Assembly (NCBI RefSeq): GCF_009834535.1
Contig: NC_045697.1
Location: forward strand, 93,870,001-93,934,000
DNA length: 64,000 bases
Reading direction: 5' to 3'
Source: Camelus ferus
Lineage: Eukaryota
Below, piece after piece: positions 53,311 to 64,000 of the stretch (its first letter is position 1; each line of letters opens with the position of its first letter). The notes under the pieces were generated by a model that was not told the origin of the DNA, ran no database searches, and saw nothing but the letters and a program-made list of their open reading frames with translations. Both the position numbers and the translations under genes were made by a program.

Positions 53311-55455
53311 ATTGCAGGGCACAGATGCAGGAAGGGCAGGGTTGGCAATACTGAGTCAAAGGATGTCTGGAAAACATTCACCACTGGCCCCGCCCAGCTT
53401 CTGAGTCCAGTTGTCCACTACAACTACAAATTCTAGGAACCACCTGCTACCTACCTAATTATTTTTTATATGAAAGGGTTTTTTTTGTTGCTGTTTTATT
53501 TACAGGTGTTTTGCCACCAGGAACCCCGATTGATATGAACTCCTATCTTTCTCAAGGGCTACTTTTTCTCTGCATACATTTAAACCATCCTTAATAAGCA
53601 AAACCATTATTAATTTTTTTCTAAATAAATTGCAGTCAGCCATGCTTATCAAATTAGCAACCTAATTAACTAGATATACTGCCGCATGTATAAGGATTGA
53701 GCTGAAATGAAATGTTAAGGCTCTATCTTTACCCTTACTCTCTGCTTCCCTCCTAAGCAGATTTCTTCTGATACGACCACAAAAGTATTGCTCTTTTCCA
53801 GTCTCTTCTCTCTTTTATAATTACTTTGACTTAATTTTCATGTGCATGATGGCAAAAAGGCATACTTCATCTCCCTCCTCCAAGACATTCTTTACACGAT
53901 ATTGGGGATTTATCTGAAAAGTAAAAAGCTGACTCTGGATACACCCTGTCTACAATTCTTCAAAGCCAATACCCTCCTGGCCCCTATATATTTTAGGATA
54001 ATATTCAAAAATCCTTAGATTAAATTCTGAGCGGTTTCAATATTGGACCTCTCACTGTTATAACCAGAATCATTTCTAGATGCCCCTCATTTCAAAAATG
54101 AAAGTCATGTGATCTTTTGTGATGCATTTTTGTCACAGAATGAGACACATGCCTCCTACTCTTAGCGCTGAAACACTGTTTACAAACTTCCACAATGTTT
54201 TATTGCAGCATTACAGCATTTATTATATTGCACTGTGATTGCTCATTTTTATGTCTTCCCCCGTATACTCTAAAATTTCTGAAGAACAGGCTCAATAAAT
54301 ATGTTAGATAAATTGAAAGATAAATAGGCAAATCAGCAAGAAAATGAGTTTAATAAAAGTGCACGTATTTGTCTTAAACTTACTTATAGTGAATAAACAT
54401 AGTTGCTCCACTCTGTGGTATTTGTTGGAGAAGAAACATTCTCACTTTGAAATTGGACTTGCATCTTAATAACTGTTCTACCACTTAGGAGTCCTGTGAC
54501 TTCAGGGAATTTACACGACCTATCTGAGGCTGAATTCCTTCACCTCTATCATGGAGCTAACAATGCCTATTATAGACACTGTATAGATAAAAGGAGTTAT
54601 AACTAAATAAACATACAAAGTGTTCTATGTAACACCCAACTTTAGTAAGCATTCATTAAATTTCACTCATTTATTATAATATTTGTTGAAAGTATTTAAT
54701 ATTTTGATTATTCAATACATTTTATTATACTTACTAAGTACAAAGCAATACTGTTAGCACTTTTCTACAAATCCTAATCTAGTCAGAAAAAAAACTGAAT
54801 CATAAGATGTTAGACACTTCTTAATGACAATGCACTTATATGTGAATGTGGTGAGTGTGAGTGTGTGTGTGTAGAGATGGAGCGTAAAAACCATTTCTGC
54901 TTTCCAAATTTAATGAAGCTATGTAAATATGAATTCTAAAAACAATCTTTTGTTTCAGGATCCTTTTATGAAGCAGGGCACCAACCCCTAAATTTATATT
55001 TTCCGTCTATTAATTTTGACTAGAAAAAAATAAAGGCCTAATTTGCCCAGTTGTAATAAATTTGGTATTTAGGTTTTTTCAATAATTCTTTCCACTTGGG
55101 CATCTAATATATTTGTTGAAAATTTTTCTTGATATATATTCATATGCTTGTTGGTATATATATATTCTTGATATGTATTATTTGAATCTAAATTTTCTGT
55201 ATATATCTATATTTTTCTCTATATATCCATATATATCGTTTTTCTACATATATCTAAATTTACATATATAAATTCACCTATCCAAATTTTTATTGATATA
55301 CATTTATCCTTTCTGATATATATATATACTTTTTTCTTGATATATAATCCATATAACATCCTTGTTGAAAATTTTTCTTGATATAATACGTATATGAGAC
55401 ATATATATATGTCTTTGTGTATATATATATCTTTGTCAAATGTAAAGGAATCTAG

Positions 55456-55534
55456 CAGGAGGGTGTAGCTCAGTGGCAGAGTGCATGTTTAGCATGCATG
55501 AGGTCTTGGGTTCAATTCCCAGTACTTCCATCAG

Positions 55535-55581
<47 letters not shown>

Positions 55582-55622
55582 ACCTAGTTACCTGCACCCC
55601 TCCGAAGAAAAAAAAATTTTTT
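55456..55622 (+). mobile_element. tRNA-derived SINE (camelid Vic-1-like)
   Basis: gagggtgtagctcagtggcagagtgcatg...gggttcaattcccagtacttcc with a (TAAA)n tail. TSD aatgtaaag(g/a)aatc. Confidence 0.85.
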
Positions 55623-55779
55623 AATGTAAAGAAATCCACTTTTCTATCTCATAATTGAGTGCTGCTACCTTTTCTTTACTCAAATGAGTAAGTACTAGGA
55701 GTGCATCTCCAGATGCACTTATTTGAATAAGAAATGAAAACCAATCATTACAAGACTTTGGTCTTAATGGTATTTTCTA

Positions 55780-55945
55780 GAACAATGAGAATCACACTTT
55801 ATCTCCTAGATTTAGATGAATTTTTAAAACTGTGTGAACATATGTTCATTTAGATACCGATTTGTGATGGGCACGCGAGCCTAATCACTTATTTTCATTC
55901 TTAATTTCCAAACATCTTTAATAGATCTCTTCAGATTCCTAATGC
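55780..55945 (-). pseudogene. RGS22-like exon remnant
   Basis: Strong acceptor ctttttctttgttttctttaaag; (G)IRNLKRSIKDVWKL vs RGS22 GEASYTQTKDWFAL. 3' end approximate. Confidence 0.45.
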
Positions 55946-56599
55946 CTTTAAAGAAAACAAAGAAAAAGTGTTGTTTAATATTCTAATAAGATACTTCTCT
56001 GGTTGGGACAAAGGGCTTTTATCCTCACTGAATTCTCTTAATTCATTAATTTTAGCTATTTTAAGTATATGTTGTCTTTTATTCAAGCATGAAAGATTTT
56101 GCAATACTTTCTATGACTATGAATTTAGTAGTAAGATCACTATGAATTGTTATTATACATTCTCTTTGATTCTCCATGATTTCGGATCTAGCAAGTAGTC
56201 ACAAATTTAAATTTGATTAACTACATTTGATTAACTTAAAGATATTTTGCAACACGTAACGTCAAAAGGATAAATTATTTCTCTTATTTTCATATACAAA
56301 ATGATGCATGGGAAGAGGTTAAACATGTTTGATTTTAAAAACTGAGAACACATAGGTAATTAAATGATAAATTATGCCTGCTTAGAACAGTATATTTATG
56401 TCAAAATATCCATTCATTATAGATGCTATTTGTATTTCAATATTATCATGTTATATCTCTAGTTCTTATTAAATTTTATTAAATACATTGATTTTAATGT
56501 CATTTCAAGAACTAGTCCCTATGATGTGACGTTGCTGGGAAGTAGTGTCACAGAGTTAACCAAATGCAGTTGTCAGCTATTGACATTTTGACTGAAAGT

Positions 56600-56783
56600 A
56601 GCCCCTTTTATGATAGTCCTAATAGGACTCCCGAAAAACAAGAGCCTGAGTTCATTTAATTGAGGAATATTCTGTAGCAAGATGAGACAGGAAAAGATTC
56701 CAATACATTCATGGACTTCTGAACATGTTATGGCATAAGATAACTGCATTTCTTGAAACTGTCACTTCAATTTTATCCATTAC
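56600..56783 (-). pseudogene. RGS22-like exon remnant
   Basis: Acceptor ttggttttatag, phase 0. VMDKIE...FRSP*MYWNLFLSHL vs RGS22 CLSREE...FLESDCYFEYRLAKL. 3' end approximate. Confidence 0.45.
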
Positions 56784-57164
56784 CTATAAAACCAAAGTCT
56801 ATTGCTTTCAGCATTTTGTCGTATAGTTAACTTGTAGAGCTGACCTGGAAATTTCCAGGAATAAAATAACTATATGTATAAAAACTCAGTTTTCCAGGAA
56901 TTCTTTGAGAACTTGGATTGATACTATTTTTCTTAGTATATCTCTATTGAATACCAAAAAAAAAAAAAAAAAAAAAGAATAACATCACAAGATTCAGGAT
57001 CATATTTTCAAAGAAACATACAAAGATTATTTGAGCTAATTAAAAAATAAACAATAATCTTTTTATCTTCTAGCCTAAAACATAAAGACCTTTAAAACAA
57101 ACTTTCTTGGGCCAATATTTCTTTCTTCTGTGTTTTCAAATTAAGTACAGTTAAAGGCCATTTA

Positions 57165-57790
57165 TTTATTGAACAAACATTTATTGACCAATTAAAAGTG
57201 ATTTGTGCTGAGGATTCAACAGTGTGCAAACACAGACTCTTCTGTTTTCTGGTAGTTACAATTTCCAATGCTAAAAACTTGTATTCAATAAATAATTACT
57301 CAAATAATAATATATTCATAAACAGCATTCATAGTAGGCTATAAACTATGGTGAAATAAAAGTGTAAAACAGAGGGTATGACCTAATAAGCTTACCCTGA
57401 GAAATCATTCCTATGCTTAAATATAAAAAAAAAAAATCTATGTGTTAATTGGGTGACTGGGGTGAGGAACAAAACAAACACAAGGATAGCACATGCAAAG
57501 AATCTGTGTTTGCAGGGCCATCTGGGATGGTATACCATTTACAAAGTTGAGAGCAATAGGAAATAAAGCTGCAGAAAGAGGCAGAAGTTAGAACATGCAG
57601 TAGTGCATCTACCATGTTAAAGACAGCATATGGTATCCAACAAGAAACAGGAAACTATTGAAAAGTCCTGTTTTAAAAAAAATTTTGTTTGTTTTAAATA
57701 CTGGACATTTGACATGGTAAATTTGAATTTTGAAAACATCATTTTGCCTGCTTTATAGAGAAGTACTGGAAAGGAGACTGGGAGATCCAT
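57165..57790 (-). mobile_element. L2 LINE remnant
   Basis: atttattgaacaaacatttattga...agcacatgcaaag...catggtaaatttgaattttgaaaacatcattttgcctgct. Confidence 0.55.
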
Positions 57791-58654
57791 CATTTTCCTA
57801 CCTTTCATGGATTTATCTACTTACCATCTATTTATCTACTTATCATTTCTGTTTTCCTAGAACATTTTCTTTCGTAATGTTCCAGGAATGGAACGTAGTG
57901 TTGATGTAATATTTATCATTGTATAATCTAGTGATTGTAGACATGGGGAGAGTACATAGGAACCTGCCTGTTATCTTACTGCCAGTATGTAAGGAGAAGA
58001 CAGATAGATCTGGGGACATTTTCTGGAGTTCAAAGGTGGGTGTTATTGATCCCAAACTGCTAAAGCCTATAGGAAATACACATGGTTACCAGAAGCCTAA
58101 GTGTGCAATTACTTCAGAGTGGAGTATAATGGTCACAGCTATAGTTTTTCCTATCTAACATATTTACCTATAACAATATGGCTTGTCATGAGAGATGGAT
58201 TATTGTGTTAAAAAATTGCAAGCACTAAACCTTTTTAAATGTTTATCAAAATATATTCATGAAACTGGGCTTGTGTCACTATATTGCCTGCTCCTTCCCC
58301 CAGTCCTGGAATTTCCAATCTGTTCAGCCAGACTTTGCCCATTTTACATCCTTCCAGTGATACCAAAAAGATCAAAACTACTACGGAGAAGACATAGCAC
58401 ACTGAAAAATTAATTTTATCTTCCTAAATGTCATCAAGACACATAGATACTCCTTCTTTTCCTCTAAAAGATAAAATTTGTCAATATTTTCTATCTGAAA
58501 ACTGAATCAAATGTGTGTGCACATATGTGTTTTCTCTAACAATAATTTATTTTGTTTGAAGGTTAATATTGATTAATGTAAACAGGAATAGATGCAATTA
58601 TTACATGTAATTGAAAAATAAGAAGATTGAGGAGAAAAATCTCATAAATCTCTT

Positions 58655-59865
58655 CAGCCTCTTCAATAAATGGTGTTGAGAAAATTAAACAGCCAAAGAA
58701 TAGAACTGGACTACTACCATACAAGACATAAAAATTAACTCAAAGTGGATTACAGACATGAACATAAGACTTAAAATCATAAAACTACTAGAAGAAAACA
58801 CAGGCAGTATGTTTCTGACATAGGTCATGGCAATAATTTTTTGAATCTGACACCAAAAGCAAAGTAACAAAAGCAAAAATAAACAAGTGGGACTATGTCA
58901 CAATAAAAAAGCTTCTGCATGGCTAAGGAAAGCATCAACAAAACAAAAAGGCAACCTACCAAATGGAAGAAAATAGTTGCAAATCACATATCTGATCAGG
59001 AGCTAATATCCAAAGTATGTAAAGAACTCATATAATGCAATAGCAAAGAAACAATCAGATTGAAAAATGGGCAGAAGATCTGAATAGACATTTTTTTCAT
59101 AGAAGACATAAAAGTGGCCAACAGTTACATGAAAAAAAATGCTCTACATCATTAATCATCAGGCAAATGTAAATCAAAATCATTAAGAGGTATCACTTCA
59201 CCTCTATTAGAAAGGCTATTACCAAAAAGACAAGAAATAACAAGTTTTGGCAAGGATGTGGAGAAAAGGGAACACTCATGCATTGCTGGAGGAAATGTAA
59301 ATTGGTTTAGCCACTATAGAAAATACTATGGAGATGCCTCAAAAAATTAAACTTAGAACTATCATATGACCCATTAATTCCACTTCTACATATTTACCCA
59401 AAGAAAACAAAACACTAACTTGAAAAGATATATACATTCTCATGTTCCTGACAGCATTATTTACAATAGTCAAGATATGGAAACAACCAAAGTGTCCATC
59501 AGTGGATGAATGGATAAAGAAATTGTGAGAGAGAGAGAGAGAGATATACACACATACCATTATATTATATCTACAAATATATGCATATATATAATGGAAT
59601 ATTAATCAGCCATAAAAAAGAATGCCATTTGTGACAGCATGGATGGACCTTGAGGGTATTATGCAACATGAAATAAGTCAGGCAGAGAAAGACAAATGTA
59701 CAATTTCTTTTACATGTGGAATCTAATAATTAATTAATTAAAAAACCAAGCTCATAGATACAGAGAAGAAATGATCTGCAGTTGCCAGAGGTGAGGGGTG
59801 CAAGGTGGGAGAAAAAGGTGAACTGCTTTATTTTTAGTTTAAATTAATTGATTAAAAAAATCTGG
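58655..59865 (+). mobile_element. L1MA-like LINE-1 3' end
   Basis: ctcttcaataaatggtgttg...aaaattaactcaaagtggatt...gcaaggatgtggagaaaagggaac...atggatggaccttgagggtattatg...aagctcatagatacagag. Confidence 0.9.
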
Positions 59866-62599
59866 TTACACTAACATTTAAAAGAACAATCTGAATAATT
59901 TTGTTAAAAGATCAGTAAAAAAATTAATATAGAGCAGTTAATGAGGTAGGAAGCAGACCAGGAGTAAGTGTCAAAGAATACAAAGAAATACATTTTCATA
60001 GAAAGAGATTATTTTATGTAATTGTATACTAAGTTGTAGAGAGAGAGAGAGAGGGAGAATGCAATTTTATTTAATGATTTTATTTTAAAAAAACAGACAC
60101 TTGATCCAACCACAAGAGTGGGCATTTGGTCCTTCAGATAATTCAAGGACAGAATGAAATCATTTCAACTGCTCTGGGAGAGCAGACCATCCATTGTGTT
60201 CCAGTAAACAAAAACTTTTTTTTTTCCCTGTAGGATAAAGAATCCCTGTGTTGTTAAGGGCTGGTGCTCATTCTTTCATTTAGAACTCCTATACTGTGGC
60301 AGGCTATGTCTCCGATCTGGGGTCTAAAATGAGCTAAAATGGCTAATGTCCCTGTTTTTATGAAATTCAGAGAATACTAATTGCAGAAATAGGAAGAAAA
60401 TTGCAACTATGGTAAGATCCAAAAAGAAGTTACAACAAAGAAGATGAGAACATTTTCTTTTCTGAGAAAATTAGAGAAAGTATTAAGAAGAAAACAAATT
60501 GAGTTGAGATATGAAAGATGAGAGATCAGATCATTCAAATATGAGTCCCAGTACACAGAAAAGCCCTTGAGAAGGAGGAAGGATTATAACTGCATAAACT
60601 AAGACTAGTGTCCCTGGACAGAAATGGTTAAAATGCATACCAAATGAGTAGACTAAGTAGAGGTTAGGGAGGGAGAAGAAATTTCATACAAACCCTATGG
60701 TACTTTAGTCTTTCTCATCTTTCAGGCTTCAAAGTGTGGATGAAAATAATTAAATGAAAACTCTTGAATGAGGGTCTAGGTAGGGGATTGCAGAAGAAGA
60801 AGGGGTAGGTAAGAAGGGACTTATAACTGAGATACAGTTGCTGGGGCCCATATTTAACAGTTCTTGCCTGCAAAATGCCAGAGCCAATGGCCTGGAAGAA
60901 AGGCTCCTAGGGGACCATCATTTCAAGTGACTGGCCCACAACTCACTCAGAGAACTCAGCACAGCGGCCTTCACACAACTTATTACAGTGGTTTCTCTGT
61001 GGGATAAAGAAAACACAAACCAAAAAAAAAAAAAAAAAAAAAAACAAAACCCTAACAGTAGTAGCAGTAGTTGTTGTAGTAATAAATAATAATACAAATT
61101 TGCCTCAAGACCTTGCAACCAAATTTCTATTTAATTTGATATCAGATTAAGCTGGAGACATTTCATGTCCTAGTATTCCACATCACTTAATGACCTTTTG
61201 AGAAAATCTTTCCATCTATACCCAAGTTATTCATACTCCTAAACATAGGGGTAAGGAGAGGCTCTTACATCTGGAATTTGAGGCTAAATTAAAGCACGTT
61301 AAAAGATCCAAGTTAGGGACAGTGGGGAGTGACAATCCTGTTAAGATAATATTAACTACTGTTTATGCAGTGTGTATTCTAAGCCACACACTGTGATATA
61401 CCCTGTAAATATCCTAATTGTATTCTCACAATAGTTTTATTTAAATACCACTACCATATTCAGGATGTTAGGGGCTGCAAATTTGATTAAGAACACTTAT
61501 CTATGTGGGTTTTCAAAAATCCACATCATTCTTTATACTCATCAACAGTGTTGAGTGATGAAGGGAGGTTGAGCTATATGATGTCTGGAAAGATGTCATG
61601 GAATTTGATGACCGGATGCCTTGGTAAGGCCGATACTCATGGAGTAGTGGGAGAGGAAGTCGGGTACAGAGGGAGGAAAAGTAAAAGAAAGGTGAGAAAG
61701 TAGAAAGTGAATGCTTAGTTTATTCATAAGAAAGCTCATAGGAAGGAAAATTATAGGGACTTAGGTGAAGACAAAGATTACTTTATCTTGAAGAAACAGA
61801 GTAATACATTTTAGGAAGAAGGAAAAGAAATAATGACAAGAAACAAATTGAGGAATTCAGAGATCGAAGATGTAACTAATGTCAATGTTTCAGAGGTGAC
61901 AGGCAGCGGTGCGACTGAGAATGTGCAGGTGGAGTGCTGTGCCTTAGAAAGGAGAAAGGGTAGCTCTTCCTTTGACGCAGAATGGAGTACAGTAAGACCA
62001 TATAAAAAAGACATACAAACAAATTACTGCAGAAGCTATTATTTTTCTTCAGAACAACAGAAACACTGCTTATTCTGGAATCCAAGCTCTCTATTAATTG
62101 GTACTGAACTGCCCTTCCTTCTCAACATTTCACAAACCAATCCTTTATACAGGCTAAATTGCTATATTCATTGTCATTGTTATCTGAATACAAGTCCTAT
62201 TTTCCCACTTCAATGTCTCATTTAAGGGATTCTCCTGGCACAGATGTCTCTTCCTGCCCATCCCAGCCACTCTCATCTCTTGTGTCCAGTGCAAATTTGC
62301 CTCCTCCATGAAGCCTTCCTTAAAAGCACATTTTAAAATTATCAGTCATTCCTTCTTAGAAGGGATTGCATGTACAAAATATTAATCATTTATCTTAACA
62401 TTTCTGGGAATAATTTCATGCATTCTACCAGATAGATGATCTATCTATCTATGGTTCACAATTAACCCCAAAGTATGGTTTCACCTGAAATATTTTATTG
62501 GTAAGTCTGCATTTTGTTTATAAATAAATCTTTTCTTTCATTTCAAAACTAAGTGTACAAATGCTTAGTTTCAATATCAATATTATAAAATTATAGGAA

Positions 62600-62820
62600 A
62601 ACTGAAATTATATTTAAAGTAATCACAAGCTTGATAAATACTGAAACACAATCTCTACAAATCTACTGACCACTGATTATTAGCACAAGGTTTGTCTTTT
62701 ACAGTCTCCACATAAACATGAAAGATAGCTGTATGTCATTGAAAATATGGAATAAAGCTCTTCCTTGCATAAAAAACTGAATAGTATCTGCATTAAATAT
62801 AAAACTAGTATTCATGAAAT
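62600..62820 (-). pseudogene. RGS22-like exon remnant (FNAD motif)
   Basis: Acceptor aacttacag; FMNTSFIFNADTIQFF vs RGS22 FSEAIRFNADYGVFE. 3' end approximate. Confidence 0.65.
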
Positions 62821-62936
62821 CTGTAAGTTTCTGTAAGGATCAACTGAATTTAGATTCAAAGCAAGTAAAAATCTGAACAGGTATATGAACAGCATTTTTT
62901 GGAAAGCAAAATTTGGCTTTTGGCGGAAAAAAACAC

Positions 62937-62999
62937 ATATTTAGATATGCAGTTGTTTTAATAATCAATAGAATTGCAGCTTTGTTCAGTTATATCCAA
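62937..62999 (-). pseudogene. RGS22-like exon remnant (DYFN motif)
   Basis: Exactly 21 codons, LDITEQSCNSIDY*NNCISKY, vs RGS22 EDSLATDDFLVDYFNEFLSLP (gapless; D, DY, N, S identical). Followed by GT; the acceptor appears mutated (tttgctcaa). Confidence 0.55.
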
Positions 63000-63234
63000 T
63001 TGAGCAAACATTTTAATACAAGACATTGTGTGAAGCACTGAGCCATACAATCATAAATAAAGCTCAGAAAGATTTCCTTCAGGAACTATTTTAGATTGGT
63101 ATTTAATACTTTAGTTAACACATTCATTCATATTTTCTTATAATGAGTAAAAATACAAACTCATTTTACATATGAATAAGTAGCATTAGAACATAGGATA
63201 ATAGCCATAAAGATAATGACGCTTTTGAAAACTT

Positions 63235-63420
63235 GCTATGTGCCAGGCACTCTGGCACACACTTTATATCAATTATCATATTCAGTCCTTTCAAACACAC
63301 CATAATGTTTTAGATACTTTGGATATTCATCCGTTAATTATTAGGAACATGAAAATTAGGAAACATAAATTATTTGTACAGCGTCACATAGCTAGAAAGC
63401 CAATTGGAATCCAGGTACTC
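63235..63420 (-). mobile_element. MIR SINE
   Basis: tatgtgccaggcact...gtcacatagctagaaag...aatccagg. Confidence 0.6.
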
Positions 63421-63682
63421 CCAATTGAAGAGAGCAAGAAAATATCTAAGAATCTTCACATAAAAAGCCTGCACGAATAAACAATATTTCTATGTAAGTC
63501 CTGACCTGGAGTTGGAGTTACTAGAAAGTTTGTGGATAGTAAAAGGAATGGTTTTTATCAATATTAAGAATCATCTTTCGCTCCACTACGTGAATTTTTT
63601 TTAAAAGGTTGAACCTAAACACTGGATAAGACCCTATCTACAATATGTAAATTTAAGACTGAACATATATAATGATATGAAA

Positions 63683-63759
63683 TGGTATTTGCAAGAATTT
63701 CTTGACACAGAATTCAAGTTCTTCCTCTTTAAGAAACTGGGAAGACTGACATCTGTATT
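63683..63759 (-). pseudogene. RGS22-like N-terminal exon remnant
   Basis: Acceptor catttccctttag, then SQFLKEEELE vs RGS22 PTITEEEFE. An out-of-frame ATG sits just inside the exon. The 3' boundary is uncertain. Confidence 0.45.
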
Positions 63760-64000
63760 CTAAAGGGAAATGTCTCTATACTGGTAATGTTCTGAATTTT
63801 CCTATCATCCTACATTTCAAGTGCTGTGTAAATTTTGTTTTCTGTGCTGTTCTTCATTCACAATATATGAGCTGAATTTGACTACATCCTCTACTCATGT
63901 TCCTTTTACTTTTTGCAATAGGCTTTTTAGTTCTTTGCATGTATCTGAAATGCTGAAATTTCAATCTTAATCATTCTTCATCTGGAAGGTTGCTATCATC

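Larger units (their letters stand above)
27680..63759 (-). pseudogene. Decayed intron-containing RGS22-like gene (divergent paralog, multi-RGS-domain)
   Basis: At least 15 minus-strand segments match recalled human RGS22 motifs in strict N-to-C order as coordinates decrease. Many carry AG/GT boundaries, and most carry stops or frameshifts. Individual exons are listed below. Comparison was by eye. Confidence 0.8.

Noticed and set aside
61833..62225. 130-aa ORF
   Set aside because: No recognisable domain, lies antisense within an intron of the fossil gene, and is probably degraded repeat.
27680..63759. Functional RGS22 gene or processed retrocopy
   Set aside because: Too many stops and frameshifts and too little identity for an ortholog; introns are present, so it is not processed.

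Overview
AT-rich eutherian genomic DNA, most likely camelid (two tRNA-derived Vic-1-type SINEs). It has no intact protein-coding gene, RNA gene or CRISPR array. Much of the window is ordinary interspersed repeat: L1, L2, MIR, MaLR/ERVL/ERV1 LTRs, an ERVL pol remnant and hAT MITEs. The main signal is not visible in the ORF track. About 20 decayed, intron-separated exons lie on the minus strand across nearly the whole window. Translated by hand and compared by eye with the human proteins as recalled from memory, exons from 63.76 kb down to about 27.7 kb follow RGS22 in N-to-C order. Exons from about 10.06 kb down to 1.95 kb follow RGSL1. Identity is low (scattered motifs), there are many stops and frameshifts, and several GT-AG boundaries and exon phases survive. 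The best reading is an old, unprocessed pseudogene of a divergent multi-RGS-domain paralog: an RGS22-like module followed by an RGSL1-like module, as tandem genes or one fused gene. It is not RGS22 or RGSL1 themselves. No database search was run; the homology calls need tBLASTn/HMM confirmation.
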